A DNA stretch of 64,000 nucleotides from an uncultured Pseudomonadales bacterium (GTDB lineage Bacteria > Patescibacteriota > Microgenomatia > UBA1400 > MFAQ01). The DNA lies in assembly GCA_964487665.1 (NCBI GenBank), contig CAZARR010000005.1, forward strand, positions 100 through 64,099, read 5' to 3'. Under the pieces are notes generated by a model, which saw only the letters and a program-made list of their open reading frames with translations, did no database searches and had not been told where the DNA came from. Both the position numbers and the translations under genes were made by a program. Positions 18,458-31,374 of this stretch are shown piece after piece (positions within the stretch are counted from its first letter, which is position 1; each line of letters begins with the position of its first letter).

Positions 18458-18832
18458 ATGGATAAAATTAAGTTTCCCGCCGATCTGCTTCGTCCGCTGA
18501 GGAATTATTTATTAGGTGAAAAGAAGAAACTTGTTAAAGTCAAAAAGAAGCGCGACAAAGATGATCCCTACAAAAATGAGTGGGGTGGTGAGGACGATCC
18601 GGCGATAGACACAGAGGTGAGTGAGATAATTAACCATGATCAAGTGAGTGCGGAGAGAAAGGAGGCCAGCAGGGCGATTATATCTATAAGAAAAGCGTTA
18701 ACCAAGATGAAGTTGGGAACGTACGGAATATGTGAGGGGTGCGGAAGTATGATTGATACCGATCGCCTGGCCATTAATCCTACAGCAGATTTGTGTGTAG
18801 AATGCGAGAAAAAGCGCGAAAAAAGGAAGTAA
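18458..18832 (+). CDS. DksA/TraR C4 zinc-finger protein
   Basis: GTYGICEGCG..IDTDRL..P.ADLCVEC. Confidence 0.9.
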   Translation: MDKIKFPADLLRPLRNYLLGEKKKLVKVKKKRDKDDPYKNEWGGEDDPAIDTEVSEIINHDQVSAERKEASRAIISIRKALTKMKLGTYGICEGCGSMIDTDRLAINPTADLCVECEKKREKRK

Positions 18833-19209
18833 ACTGGTCTAGGTTGTTTTGGGCAATAATGTTTGTGCTGATCGAGTTCGGGTTGCAGTTGCAGTTTTTT
18901 TCAAAAGATGTGGGTATTTCGAACCGGGGGATTGCTTTTGGGCTGGGGGTAATCTGGAATAAGACGGTTGCCGGTTTGGGGATCGTGGTTATGTTGATCG
19001 TCTTCCGATGGATTTTGTCTGGTGGCAGGGGCTGGTTTTTTTTGTGGACGGGAGGTTTGGCAAATTTATTAACGAGATTTGTCTTGGGAAGTGTGCGGGA
19101 TTATATAAACCTACTTGGGATATTATGGGTGAACCTCGCCGATATATTAATTTCAATAGGAGTGATGTTAATATTGGTGAGTGGAAAAAAAGATTCAGAT
19201 CCTGTATGA
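18793..19209 (+). CDS. lspA: Signal peptidase II-like protein (start uncertain, possibly 18859)
   Basis: NRGIAFG, GGLANL..R, VRDYI, NLAD motifs; lspA-rluA adjacency. Confidence 0.75.
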   Translation: MCRMREKARKKEVNWSRLFWAIMFVLIEFGLQLQFFSKDVGISNRGIAFGLGVIWNKTVAGLGIVVMLIVFRWILSGGRGWFFLWTGGLANLLTRFVLGSVRDYINLLGILWVNLADILISIGVMLILVSGKKDSDPV

Positions 19210-19891
19210 AAGTGACGATTTGATTGTATTCAACAAACCGGCTGGTTATAGTGTGAATAAAATAGGAAGAGGAGAAATGAGTATCCAAAGCTGGGTCGAA
19301 AAGAATAGTATGGTAAATACCGATGGTACTGGTAAACTTTTCCGTAGCAGAGTTGGGATGTGTCATAGGCTTGATAAAGAAACTACAGGTTGTCTGGTTT
19401 TTGCCAAAAACGAGGCTAGTATGAATTTTGTTATGGATCAATTTAGAAAAAGAAAGATTAGAAAGGTGTATTTAGCACTAGTGCATGGTGTGCTAGATCC
19501 AGTTATTGGTTCGGTAAATCTGCCTTTGAGACGGAACAAAAAAGGTGGACAGATTAAATTCGAGATTGGTTATGATGGTAAAAGGGCTAGTACGAGTTGG
19601 AAAGTAATCAAGTCTGGAAAAATACGCGGTTTCCCGGTGAGTTTGGTAGAGTTACGACCTATTTCAGGAAGGACACATCAGATAAGGGTCCACATGGCGA
19701 GTTTGTCGCACCCAATTTTTGGAGACGCCGTATATTTAAGTAGGCGTCAGTCGGATGAAGACCGCAAATTGATCGGCCATCATTATTTACATGCAAGTAA
19801 AATTGGGCTAAATAGTCTTGGCGGTAAATCTATTTTGGTCGAGGCCCCAATCGATAAGGAAGAAAAAAAGATATTGTCGATGCTAGAATGA
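19181..19891 (+). CDS. RluA-family pseudouridine synthase
   Basis: NKPAG, HRLDKETTG, GRTHQIRVH. Confidence 0.93.
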   Translation: MEKKIQILYESDDLIVFNKPAGYSVNKIGRGEMSIQSWVEKNSMVNTDGTGKLFRSRVGMCHRLDKETTGCLVFAKNEASMNFVMDQFRKRKIRKVYLALVHGVLDPVIGSVNLPLRRNKKGGQIKFEIGYDGKRASTSWKVIKSGKIRGFPVSLVELRPISGRTHQIRVHMASLSHPIFGDAVYLSRRQSDEDRKLIGHHYLHASKIGLNSLGGKSILVEAPIDKEEKKILSMLE

Positions 19892-19896
19892 AATAG

Positions 19897-21546
19897 ATGG
19901 TTGGCAATCAAATTTTGATTAGTTTGTTTCTGTTGCTTTTCTTTGCACTTGTCGGGTTAACAATAGCAAAAAAGATTTCGGTCCCCGCCTTGGTAGGGTA
20001 TTTAGCTATGGGGATGCTACTGAAGTATTTTGCTGACTTGATGTTGGTGGGGTTTGACGTTGGTATTGTAGACCAGTTCGCAAAAATCGGAGTAACTTTG
20101 CTGTTATTTTTATTGGGAATTGAATTTGAGGTAAAAAATCTTACTAGGTTTGGTGGAGTAGGGTGGTGGGGCAGCCTAATCCAAATGGTTGGGTGTTTTG
20201 TTATCGGGATAATCCTATTACTGTATTTAGGTTTGGGTTTTGTTCCCAGCATGGTGTTTGCGGGCTCATTGTCAATAAGTTCGACAGCACTGGGGGTAAA
20301 ATTGCTGGTAGATCGGCGAAAATTGGATTCCGTTGAGGGAAAAATTTTGACGTCATGGCTGTTGGTCCAAGATGTTGCGGTAATTCCCATATTATTAACA
20401 ATGTCATTATTATCCGGAAATAATAGTGTAAGGTTATTCGGTCTTACCGCTGTGTTTGTGGCGATTGTAATTTTTAAAAAATACGGGAGGATTCTGTTTG
20501 ATTATTTTGCAAGAGTTGGTGGAATGGAGGCGTTAGTAATGTTGTCTGTCGTGGTGGGACTTGGCTACGGACTTTTGTTTGAGTATTGCGGATTGAGTAT
20601 GGCTTTGGGTGGTTTTGTGGCAGGCGTGTTGTTATCTGAGACAAGCGAGCGTTACGAAATTTTCGCTAGGTTGTCTCCGGTACGCGACTTGTTTGCTGGT
20701 ATTTTCTTCTTATCGATCGGTTTCTTGGTTTCGTTCAGGGTGATGGCAATTAATTTTGCTTTAATCATGGCAGTTGTACTGCTGTTTGGCTTGTTAAAGT
20801 TTTTCTTTGGAATTATCTTGACCTTGTTTCAGCGTGTGTATTACAAGGCTAGCCTAGGGGTGGCATTGGGTCTTTTTGGGGCCGGGGAGTTTGCTTTTGT
20901 GATTGGTGCTTTAGCTTGGTCTGAGAATTTAATAGATTACGAGGGTATGTCAGTGTTGGTGGCTGTGGTAGTGCTAAGTATGTTGTTGGCTTCAATTTTG
21001 GGCATGACTGAATATAGGGTACAAATTATTCTGAAAGGTGTTCTGCTTCGTTTGGGAGGAAAGAACTGGTTGGAGGGACCAAGTAGGCATGAAAAGCTGT
21101 ATATGATTAATGGTCATATAATAATCTTGGGGCACGGTAGGATGGGAGGATTTTTAGTTAAAAAGTTGTTAGAGCAGTTTGATTCAGACAAACTGGTGGT
21201 GGTTGATAACAGTATTGATGAGGTTGAAACTCTTTCAAAAAATAATATTAGTTCAGTCTATGGGGATTGTGTCGAGGGAGATATTTTAAATGCGGCGGGT
21301 ATCGAACGAGCGCGAATGCTGGTAATTACTGTTCCGGGGGTAGATTTGGCCAAAAGAGCGGTAATGCTTGCTAAATCGGTAAACCCTAATATCTATATTG
21401 TGGCCAGGGCTCACTCCAGTGATGATAAAAAGCAATTGATACAGAGTGGCGTTGATAGGGTCGTGTTGGTTGAGGAATCGGCTGGTAGGCTGCTATACGG
21501 CCACATCAAAATAAAATATGGATCTAGAAATCGGGGGGTAGTATGA
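19897..21546 (+). CDS. CPA2 cation:proton antiporter with TrkA-N (Kef-type)
   Basis: SST, LLVQD, GEFAFV, GHGRMG Rossmann motif. Confidence 0.9.
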   Translation: MVGNQILISLFLLLFFALVGLTIAKKISVPALVGYLAMGMLLKYFADLMLVGFDVGIVDQFAKIGVTLLLFLLGIEFEVKNLTRFGGVGWWGSLIQMVGCFVIGIILLLYLGLGFVPSMVFAGSLSISSTALGVKLLVDRRKLDSVEGKILTSWLLVQDVAVIPILLTMSLLSGNNSVRLFGLTAVFVAIVIFKKYGRILFDYFARVGGMEALVMLSVVVGLGYGLLFEYCGLSMALGGFVAGVLLSETSERYEIFARLSPVRDLFAGIFFLSIGFLVSFRVMAINFALIMAVVLLFGLLKFFFGIILTLFQRVYYKASLGVALGLFGAGEFAFVIGALAWSENLIDYEGMSVLVAVVVLSMLLASILGMTEYRVQIILKGVLLRLGGKNWLEGPSRHEKLYMINGHIIILGHGRMGGFLVKKLLEQFDSDKLVVVDNSIDEVETLSKNNISSVYGDCVEGDILNAAGIERARMLVITVPGVDLAKRAVMLAKSVNPNIYIVARAHSSDDKKQLIQSGVDRVVLVEESAGRLLYGHIKIKYGSRNRGVV

Positions 21547-22475
21547 GGAGGTGGGTTTTGGTATTGGGAGTTTTGTGGATTTGTTTGGTCGTGTTATTCT
21601 ACTTTTACAGAGGAGTAATGGAGTTTAGAAAATATAATTGGTTATTTTCGAATTTTGGTATTAATATAATGACTTTGGGGAAAGAAAGAGCCGTCCTACA
21701 ATTGCTAAAAGAGAACGAGGGCTTGTGCGAGTATGTCGACATACCAATGAACTTGGTGGTTGAAATGGGAAATGGAAGAAACCAAATAGCCCTCAGTTCC
21801 TTATGGGAGGCACGGAAATACGAACAAGGGGGTGTGTTGGGTCGAGATACCATGATAGACGCAGCGAGCCGCTCGTTTGGAATACCTATTCAGGTGGTTT
21901 TTCTGGCGACAAATTCGAGCATGGATTTTGATGCTGAGAACTTGGCTAATTCGCTTTGGGTGTTTTCAAGGAAAAGTGCTGGAGCTAGTTTGTGGAAAAA
22001 AGCGGCCTTGTATGTTTTTTCAAACAAAATGCTAACGAAATGTCAATTTGTTCCTTCTAATATATCTGAGCGAGTCTTCAAGAAAGAAAAGCAGGCGGAT
22101 GGACAAGTGGTGACGAAGATTGACCCAGAAGTAATGCGTTTGTGGGCAACTAGAAGGTGGTATGTTGATTCTATCGCATCGGCAAGGCCGTCTGTGTATG
22201 TTACCAACGCAAGTGGTGTTGAGGGAATTGGTAGAAGTTGGGGGTTAATGCTCGAAATATCTGGCTTCAAGGTTATTAGGGTTGATGCAGAGAGTGTAGG
22301 TACTAATGGGGGTGGAGGTTGTTTTGTTTCCCAAAATAGTGACAAAAATGGTAAGAAAGAAAGGGATATCTCGTATCGGTACTTGCTCGATTATCTTGGT
22401 TGTGAAAAGGGGGATGGGGGAGTTAAAAGGGGAACGACGGAGTCTGATTTTAATATCGTGGTTGGAAGGGAATAA
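21543..22475 (+). CDS. Membrane-anchored protein with LytR C-terminal domain
   Basis: VTNASGVEGIG...GF...IVVG. Confidence 0.7.
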   Translation: MRRWVLVLGVLWICLVVLFYFYRGVMEFRKYNWLFSNFGINIMTLGKERAVLQLLKENEGLCEYVDIPMNLVVEMGNGRNQIALSSLWEARKYEQGGVLGRDTMIDAASRSFGIPIQVVFLATNSSMDFDAENLANSLWVFSRKSAGASLWKKAALYVFSNKMLTKCQFVPSNISERVFKKEKQADGQVVTKIDPEVMRLWATRRWYVDSIASARPSVYVTNASGVEGIGRSWGLMLEISGFKVIRVDAESVGTNGGGGCFVSQNSDKNGKKERDISYRYLLDYLGCEKGDGGVKRGTTESDFNIVVGRE

Positions 22476-22487
22476 AAGGAGTTTTGT

Positions 22488-23204
22488 TTATTCTTCCTCG
22501 GGAAGGTAGTTGTCGTCATATATTTCTAATGGAATTTCGTTTAGGTTTGGGTTGTGGTGAGAGGGGATATGCACAGATTGAGTCTCGAAAGAAGGCTGAC
22601 CTTTAAATTTTCGGACGCGCCTTATTTCGATAATAAAGACTTCTACTTCGTTGCTGCCGACAGACTTGATCATAAACTGATACCTGTTCCCTGCACGAAT
22701 TAATTTACCCAAAAGAAGGCAAAAATCGTCTGTAAATCTTCCGATGTATTGATTTTGATTGTTTACGAGTTTGACAATTCGGCCGTTACATTTTACAGAA
22801 AGTTCTTGACCAACACAGAGTTGGGCCAATACGCTGGGCTCCGCGAGCTTTACCAGTTTAACGATTTTTGTTTTACCGGGTTCCTCGATAAAACTAATGG
22901 CGACTTGCTTGTGTGGTGTTCCAGTCGTAGTGGGTGTGGAGTTGGTTTTGATCATACTTTTGACTCGGCTAAGATTGTTAGTGGCGATATTGTTGAGGGG
23001 ATCTAGAGAAAGTATGTGTAGCAGCGTGTTTTCGGCAATTTTTAATTGACCAGACTCGATATATGCTTTCGCCAAACGATTGAGAGCGGGAATGTTGTCG
23101 GGGCTCTGATCGAGAATTGCCTGATTATTTTCGATTGCTACTTGCCATTCGCCAGTTGAGGCGGCCTTGATGCCTAATCTTTCAAGTATATAGATATCTT
23201 GCAT
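22488..23204 (-). CDS. TPR domain protein
   Basis: ALNRLAKAY...LSLDPLNNIA TPR; FIEEPGKTK. Confidence 0.8.
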   Translation of the reverse strand: MQDIYILERLGIKAASTGEWQVAIENNQAILDQSPDNIPALNRLAKAYIESGQLKIAENTLLHILSLDPLNNIATNNLSRVKSMIKTNSTPTTTGTPHKQVAISFIEEPGKTKIVKLVKLAEPSVLAQLCVGQELSVKCNGRIVKLVNNQNQYIGRFTDDFCLLLGKLIRAGNRYQFMIKSVGSNEVEVFIIEIRRVRKFKGQPSFETQSVHIPSHHNPNLNEIPLEIYDDNYLPEEE

Positions 23205-23247
23205 CAGGAGAAATATATAGTGATTTGTTGTTATAATCAAGACGCTT

Positions 23248-23778
23248 ATGTCGGGTCATTCAAAATGGTCGGGAATAAAACACAAAAAAGCCATTGAGGA
23301 TGCGAAAAAAGGGAAGACCTTTACAAAGTTAGCTCGGCAGATTTATGTTGCAGTAAGACAGTTCGGAAGTGGGGATCCTGGTAAAAATTTCGCGTTGCGA
23401 GCAGCATTGGATGAGGCAAAAACGATGAACATGCCTTCTGATAATGTGCGACGTGCTATTGACAAGGCATTGGGGATTAGTGATGGGAAAAACAGCAACG
23501 AAGAAGTTGTTTACGAGGGATATGGTCCGGGTGGTGTGGGAATTATGGTTACTATTACGACTGATAATAAAAATAGATCTGGATCGGAAATTAGGGGAAT
23601 GTTCGAAAAAGCTGGCGGGTCGTTGGGTGGGCCAGGAAGTGTTGGTTACTTAAGGTCAATTAACCCGCCAGTTTTTGTAAACTTGTCAGGCAATGATTTA
23701 GTTGCATGCATCAATCTGTTAAGTGCGCTAGAGGAGTTTGAAGAGACCGTAGAGGTGTGGTCAAACTTAAAACAATAA
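23248..23778 (+). CDS. yebC: YebC/PmpR family protein (shortened)
   Basis: MSGHSKW, YEGYGPGG, TDNKNR; only 176 aa. Confidence 0.92.
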   Translation: MSGHSKWSGIKHKKAIEDAKKGKTFTKLARQIYVAVRQFGSGDPGKNFALRAALDEAKTMNMPSDNVRRAIDKALGISDGKNSNEEVVYEGYGPGGVGIMVTITTDNKNRSGSEIRGMFEKAGGSLGGPGSVGYLRSINPPVFVNLSGNDLVACINLLSALEEFEETVEVWSNLKQ

Positions 23779-23795
23779 AGTGACTCTTTATTTAT

Positions 23796-24623
23796 ATGAA
23801 TAAACGAATTCGGTTTGTAAGTTTAAGTTTGGTATTGACAGTTGTTACAGCCATTGGGGGTTTGTTAACAGGCGATTTTCGGATTATTGCAGTTCTAGTA
23901 ACTAGTTTGGCAGCATATATTTTGACCTGCTGGGTGTTGTTTGACGATTTGAAGGGGGTCGAGTGGTTTGTGTTGGGGATACTGCCGGTGTTGTATACAT
24001 TGGGTGTAAATACATTCCTCTTTTTTGTTCCCGAAGTTTTTCCAAGCATACTTGGAGCCCGATTTGATATTAACACGGCTAGGTTTATTGGGTTAATTGT
24101 GAAGACAGTTTTATTGACAATTTATGCGATAGGTTTTTATGCGATTCTTCTGACGGTTAATATTTTTTCAGTATCATCGATCAGGACTATTCAGCTGGCT
24201 CGAGCGGCAAGATCTGTGGGTTTTATTATGTCTTTGATATCGGCAATTTTTTTGTTTAATGTCATTTTTAGTCTGAGGTTGGTCTTTTACGCTAACATTT
24301 TGGTAGTGTTGCCGATAGTTTTTTTACTGTCCTTCCTTTGTCTTTGGTCAATAAATTTTCGTATGGCAAATTTAAAGGAGGAGGCTCGATTGGCAGGATT
24401 AATTTCGGTTTTGGTTGCTCAAGTGACTGGAGTCATATCATTTTGGCCAACAAAACCACTAGTTTCGGCATTTATTCTGTTGTCTGCTTTTTACTGCTTA
24501 TTGGGGGTATTCGAGAGGAGGTTGTCAAATAAATATTTTGTAGGATATTATCCGGAATATATGGTCTTTTTTGTTTTGGTTATTGTTGGAGTATTTTTAA
24601 CTGCCAGTTGGAGAAATTATTAG
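23796..24623 (+). CDS. Polytopic membrane protein
   Basis: About 9 TM segments; NIFSVSSIRTIQLARAA resembles a conserved CPR family. Confidence 0.75.
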   Translation: MNKRIRFVSLSLVLTVVTAIGGLLTGDFRIIAVLVTSLAAYILTCWVLFDDLKGVEWFVLGILPVLYTLGVNTFLFFVPEVFPSILGARFDINTARFIGLIVKTVLLTIYAIGFYAILLTVNIFSVSSIRTIQLARAARSVGFIMSLISAIFLFNVIFSLRLVFYANILVVLPIVFLLSFLCLWSINFRMANLKEEARLAGLISVLVAQVTGVISFWPTKPLVSAFILLSAFYCLLGVFERRLSNKYFVGYYPEYMVFFVLVIVGVFLTASWRNY

Positions 24624-24947
24624 TATCCGTTGAGCAAGAGTAGAGTATAGGCCTATAACTGAATACCCTATAACATTATTGTTTTCACGTTCGGTGATTC
24701 TTTTCACAAATGTGGAAAACTAGCAAAGGAAGTAGGTAAGCGCTATTGATGTCATGTGATATAGTGTCGGCGTCTGCGGGGTGGAGTGCGCCAAAGATAC
24801 AAGAACACGGTAGAGGGAGCTACCTTCACTCTTGGTAATTGTCGTTTATTATTTTAGTAACGAACTAAATATATCTTCGTCAATTTTTGTTGTACACTAC
24901 TCTACTTTAATTTGTTTCAGAGAGTAGTATGTTTGTGTAAATTAACC

Positions 24948-24975
24948 TAGTCGCACAAGGTAACATTTACGACGT
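24948..24975. other. dif-like Xer recombination/binding site (putative)
   Basis: TAGTCGCACAA-GGTAAC-ATTTACGACGT: 11-6-11 quasi-palindrome about 280 bp upstream of the xer gene. Confidence 0.5.
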
Positions 24976-25258
24976 GCAAATAAAATTATTCGTAAAAAAG
25001 TGAAGTAATACTTCCCGAGTTAAAATAAGTTACAAAATCTAGATTTAGGCACAAAATAGAAACCCCTCCCCCGTTTGATTTTTCGATACGGAGAACATGT
25101 TGAGATTCGCTCCTTCAATATATTGAATCGCATTTATTTATGTGATAGATAGGTCATATTTATATTTAGAAGGCGTTTTGGGGGCATTTAAACGCCTCGG
25201 AAAAAAGCAGTAAATTGTTAAACTTGTATCTTCGCGGCGGTTGGGGTAGATTGAATGT

Positions 25259-26209
25259 ATGAAAAAAGATCATAGAGAAGATCGCGATGTGACCCTTCCA
25301 AAATTAGTAATTAGATATCTAAATCACATTGAGATAGAAAAAAATTATTCTAAATACACGATAAGAAATTACCATCATTATTTAGATTTTTTTCGTAGAT
25401 GGTTCGAAAAGAATTACCAACAAGAATACATTCGTCGGCTTACTAATGAGATGGTCAGGAATTATAGGATATATCTGTCGCGGTTTCAGAATGATCGGGG
25501 CGAGCACCTCTCCCCTATCACCCAAAGTTACTATATCATCACCTTGAGAGCGTTTTTGAAGTATCTAATAAGAAAGGGCTATAAAGCGCTGAGTCCAGAA
25601 AAAATTGATTTACCGAAGATAGATGATAGATCTATCAAGTTTTTAAATGAGGATATGTTGTATAGACTGCTAGATCAACCAGGGATTTCTAGCATTGAAG
25701 GTTTACGGGACAAAGCAATTTTGGAGGTATTGTTTTCGACGGGAATGCGTGTAAGCGAGTTGGCCAAACTTGACCGTGAGAAAATTGATTTGAAAACGAA
25801 GGAATTCGGAATAATCGGTAAAGGCAGAAAAGCCCGAGTGGTTTTTTTGAATGACCGAGCTGTGAAGTGGCTGGGAAGATTTTTGGGTATGCGTAACGAT
25901 CACTATAAACCATTGTGGATTCGGTACTCGGGTAAACATACTGACCCTTCGACCGCAGGCGAGTCATTAAGGTTGTCGGTAAGGGGAATTCAACGAATTG
26001 TAGAGAAGTATAGAAAAAAGGCTGGAGTGCCGATAAAAGTTACCCCCCATGTGATACGGCATAGTTTTGCTACAACTTTACTACAACGTGGGGCGGACCT
26101 AAGGAGTGTGCAGGAAATGCTTGGTCATAAGAATGTATCTACAACTCAGATATATACTCATGTAACCAACCCACAACTAAAGAAGGTGCACGAAAAGTAT
26201 CTAGGTTAA
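25259..26209 (+). CDS. xerC: Tyrosine recombinase, XerC/D family
   Basis: [30 protein letters not shown]. Confidence 0.88.
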   Translation: MKKDHREDRDVTLPKLVIRYLNHIEIEKNYSKYTIRNYHHYLDFFRRWFEKNYQQEYIRRLTNEMVRNYRIYLSRFQNDRGEHLSPITQSYYIITLRAFLKYLIRKGYKALSPEKIDLPKIDDRSIKFLNEDMLYRLLDQPGISSIEGLRDKAILEVLFSTGMRVSELAKLDREKIDLKTKEFGIIGKGRKARVVFLNDRAVKWLGRFLGMRNDHYKPLWIRYSGKHTDPSTAGESLRLSVRGIQRIVEKYRKKAGVPIKVTPHVIRHSFATTLLQRGADLRSVQEMLGHKNVSTTQIYTHVTNPQLKKVHEKYLG

Positions 26210-28813
26210 GGAGGATAATTCTTTAACGTCGTTGGCTTTGTCAGTGCAAGTTATAGCGACGACCGAGTCGTCCTCTTTTGAGAGGCGCATTAAGATAACT
26301 CCTTGTGTAGGTCGCTGAAGAACTGGGATATTACGGATTGGTAGTTTAATGGCCTGGGCTGAGTTGGTAGTAATGACCAGATCTTCGGAATTTTCGGAAA
26401 CTAACATCGCTCCTGCTACCCGGCCGGTCTTCGGGCTTAGTTCGCAAACTTTTATTCCCTGCCCTCCCCGATTTTGGGCTCCATACTGATCTAATGGTGT
26501 GCGCTTACCCATTCCTTTTTCGGTAACAATCAGAAGGTCACGAAATATCTTTTTACGTTTATCTTCTGAGGTGTTGTTGGTTTGGCTAAACGTTTCCATG
26601 GTGATGACGTAATCTTCTTTCGTAAGCAAGATACCCCTGACACCCATGGTATCCCTGTCTGTAGGGCGAACGTCCGATTCGTGAAAACGGATTGATTTTC
26701 CGTATTTTGTTACGAGCAAACAGTCATCCGCACCAGATGTCTTTTTTACCCAAACAAGAGCATCGTCTTGGCTGAGTTTAATAGCGATCAGTCCATTACT
26801 TTTTATATTTGAATATTTTGAGAGCTGACTTCTTTTGACAACACCTTTTTTGGTAGTGAAAAAAAGAAAACCATTTTCGCGTTGGTCTGAATTTGCAAGA
26901 GTTAGCAGAGATTGTACGATTTCGTCAGCTTCGAGATTGATAAGATTTACGATGGCTTGGCCTTTGCTGGTTCGTGATCCATCAGGTAGTTCCCAAATTT
27001 TAAGTGAAAAGACTCGGCCTTTGTTGGTAAAGGCCATGAGCAGGTCATGTGTTCTGCAGTTGGCGATGAGGCGGATTTCGTCAGTATCTTTGACTGTCAT
27101 ACCGCTAACTCCTTTGCCACCACGTCGTTGGCTTCGAAATGCTGCCGGCGACATTCTTTTGATATAACCACTTTGAGTAAGAGTAACTATTGTTTCTTCG
27201 TTGGGGACTAGATCTTCTTCCGAGAATTCCCCAACTGGACCTTTGACTACTTTGGTCAACCGCTTGTCACCAAACTGTTCGTTAATTTGAACTAGCTCAT
27301 CCTTAATTATATTTAGAATTCTTTCTGGGTTTTTGAGATCAAGGATCAGATTTTCAATTTTATCAACCAGTTGCTTGTACTCTTCTTCAAGTTTTTGTCG
27401 TTCTAGGGCGGCCAGTTTACGAAGTTGCATGTCGAGAATGGCGATCGCCTGCAATGATGAAAGCATAAATTTGGACACCAGATTATTTTTTGCATCTTCG
27501 GTATCTCTGCTTTTTTTAATTGTTTCAATGATTTCGTCGATGTGATCTAGTGCTTTGAGAAGTCCCTCGAGTATGTGAGCTCGGTCGCGAGAGAGTCTAA
27601 GATCAAATTGGCAACGTCGCACAATTACTATTTGTCGATGTCGCACAAACTCTAATAGTATTTGCTTTAGATTTAGCAAACGTGGGCTACCTGCGGAGGT
27701 AAGGGCTACCATATTGGCTGGAAAGCTAGTCTGAAGTTCGGTGTGTTGATACAAATTATTCAAAACAGATTTTGGTCTGGCATCCCGCTTAAGATCGACG
27801 GCAATGGTCAGACCTTGACGGTCCGACTCGTCGCGTAAATCAGAAATACCTTCAATTTTCTTGTTTTTAATAAGATCGGCAATATGAGAAATAAGACGTG
27901 ATTTGTTTACTTGATATGGTAGTTCGGTAATTAGAATTTGCATTCTGCCACTTTTGTTTTCGGTGATTTCAGCCACTCCCCTAGTGACGATGTTAGCTTT
28001 GCCTGTAAGATAAAGTTGTTCAATTTCTTTTTGATCAAATATAATTCCTTTGGTGGGAAAATCTGGACCTTTGATATATTGAAGTAAGTCTGAAATTTCG
28101 CAACTTGATTCAATTTCGCCAACCAAGTATTCTGGTTTGGCTGTTTCTAGTTTTTCGTCGGATACTTGATTTGTTAGTGATACCTTTACTTTTTCGGTTA
28201 GAAAGATGGTGGCTGAGATAACTTCAGAAATGTTATGTGGAGGAATTTTGGTGGCCATTCCGACAGCAATACCCTCAGATCCCATCAATAGTAGGTTGGG
28301 TAATTTGCTTGGTAATACGGTCGGTTCTTGTTGGCTACCGTCAAAATTGTCGATAAAATTAACGGTTTTTTTATCGATATCTTCTAATAATGTGTCGGAT
28401 ATTTGAGCTAATCGAGTTTCGGTATATCGCATGGCAGCAGCAGAATCACCGTCTATTGATCCAAAATTTCCTTGTCCATCTACTAGTGGATAGCGCATGG
28501 AAAAAGTTTGTGCCAGCCTAACTAGCGCCTGGTAAACCGCTTGGTCTCCATGGGGATGAAATTTGCCCAAGACCTCCCCAACCACGCGGGCAGATTTTTT
28601 GTACGAACTTTTGTGGGTTAGATTCATTTCGCGCATGGCGTATAAAATTCGTCGATGGACCGGTTTTAGCCCATCACGTACATCAGGAAGAGCTCGGGCG
28701 ACAATTACACTCATAGCGTAATCCAAAAATGACTGTTCCATCGTAGGAATAATGTTCACGTTTTGGACGCGACCAATATCGGTGGGATCAGGAGTTTGTG
28801 GGAGTGGAGCCAT
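26201..28813 (-). CDS. gyrA: DNA gyrase subunit A
   Basis: HPHGD, AAMRYTE, GyrA-box QRRGGKG. Confidence 0.97.
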   Translation of the reverse strand: MAPLPQTPDPTDIGRVQNVNIIPTMEQSFLDYAMSVIVARALPDVRDGLKPVHRRILYAMREMNLTHKSSYKKSARVVGEVLGKFHPHGDQAVYQALVRLAQTFSMRYPLVDGQGNFGSIDGDSAAAMRYTETRLAQISDTLLEDIDKKTVNFIDNFDGSQQEPTVLPSKLPNLLLMGSEGIAVGMATKIPPHNISEVISATIFLTEKVKVSLTNQVSDEKLETAKPEYLVGEIESSCEISDLLQYIKGPDFPTKGIIFDQKEIEQLYLTGKANIVTRGVAEITENKSGRMQILITELPYQVNKSRLISHIADLIKNKKIEGISDLRDESDRQGLTIAVDLKRDARPKSVLNNLYQHTELQTSFPANMVALTSAGSPRLLNLKQILLEFVRHRQIVIVRRCQFDLRLSRDRAHILEGLLKALDHIDEIIETIKKSRDTEDAKNNLVSKFMLSSLQAIAILDMQLRKLAALERQKLEEEYKQLVDKIENLILDLKNPERILNIIKDELVQINEQFGDKRLTKVVKGPVGEFSEEDLVPNEETIVTLTQSGYIKRMSPAAFRSQRRGGKGVSGMTVKDTDEIRLIANCRTHDLLMAFTNKGRVFSLKIWELPDGSRTSKGQAIVNLINLEADEIVQSLLTLANSDQRENGFLFFTTKKGVVKRSQLSKYSNIKSNGLIAIKLSQDDALVWVKKTSGADDCLLVTKYGKSIRFHESDVRPTDRDTMGVRGILLTKEDYVITMETFSQTNNTSEDKRKKIFRDLLIVTEKGMGKRTPLDQYGAQNRGGQGIKVCELSPKTGRVAGAMLVSENSEDLVITTNSAQAIKLPIRNIPVLQRPTQGVILMRLSKEDDSVVAITCTDKANDVKELSSLT

Positions 28814-28819
28814 TGTTTG

Positions 28820-29350
28820 TTAGCGGGACTGTTGATAACGTAATATTGATTCCTCGACAATCTTTTCGGCGACTGCCCTACTCTGCCATCCAGCTATTTT
28901 GACCCATTTGTTATTTTCGAGTTCCTTGTAATGTTCGTAAAAGTGACTGATTTTGTTTCGTAAATATTCCGGTAATTGTTCGACTGTGTCATATGAGGCA
29001 TACATTGGATCGATTTTTTTACCAGGAAAGGCAACGATTTTGGGGTCTATCCCCTCTTCATCCTGGGTTTCAATAACACCTGCAATGCGGCAGGAAATTA
29101 TTGTTCCTGTGGCGACAGGTTGGCTTGATAAGACAAGGACATCAACAGCGTCGTGGTCCTCACTCCAGGTTTGAGGTATGAAGCCATAATTAAAAGGGTA
29201 TGAAAATGCTGTGTGAAGAAAACGGTCGACGACAATAGAACCAACGTCATCGTGATACTCGTATTTGGTTGATGAGTTCATGCTGATTTCAATGACTACA
29301 TTAAACAGATTGTCTGTGTTTTTGCTTGGTATGTCGCTTAATAATGTCAT
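28820..29350 (-). CDS. ppa: Family I inorganic pyrophosphatase
   Basis: KYE, YPFNYGFIPQT..EDHDAVD, YKELE. Confidence 0.95.
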   Translation of the reverse strand: MTLLSDIPSKNTDNLFNVVIEISMNSSTKYEYHDDVGSIVVDRFLHTAFSYPFNYGFIPQTWSEDHDAVDVLVLSSQPVATGTIISCRIAGVIETQDEEGIDPKIVAFPGKKIDPMYASYDTVEQLPEYLRNKISHFYEHYKELENNKWVKIAGWQSRAVAEKIVEESILRYQQSR

Positions 29351-29374
29351 ACATTGATTATATTTGTTAATTTT

Positions 29375-31363
<1,989 letters not shown>

Positions 31364-31374
31364 TTATAAAGCGA

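Noticed and set aside
24624-25258. oriC
   Set aside because: Only one good DnaA box, no dnaA/dnaN nearby and no visible skew change
25259-26209. Tyrosine recombinase as a prophage or integron integrase
   Set aside because: Housekeeping context, no att repeats or cassettes, and no IntI-specific insertion
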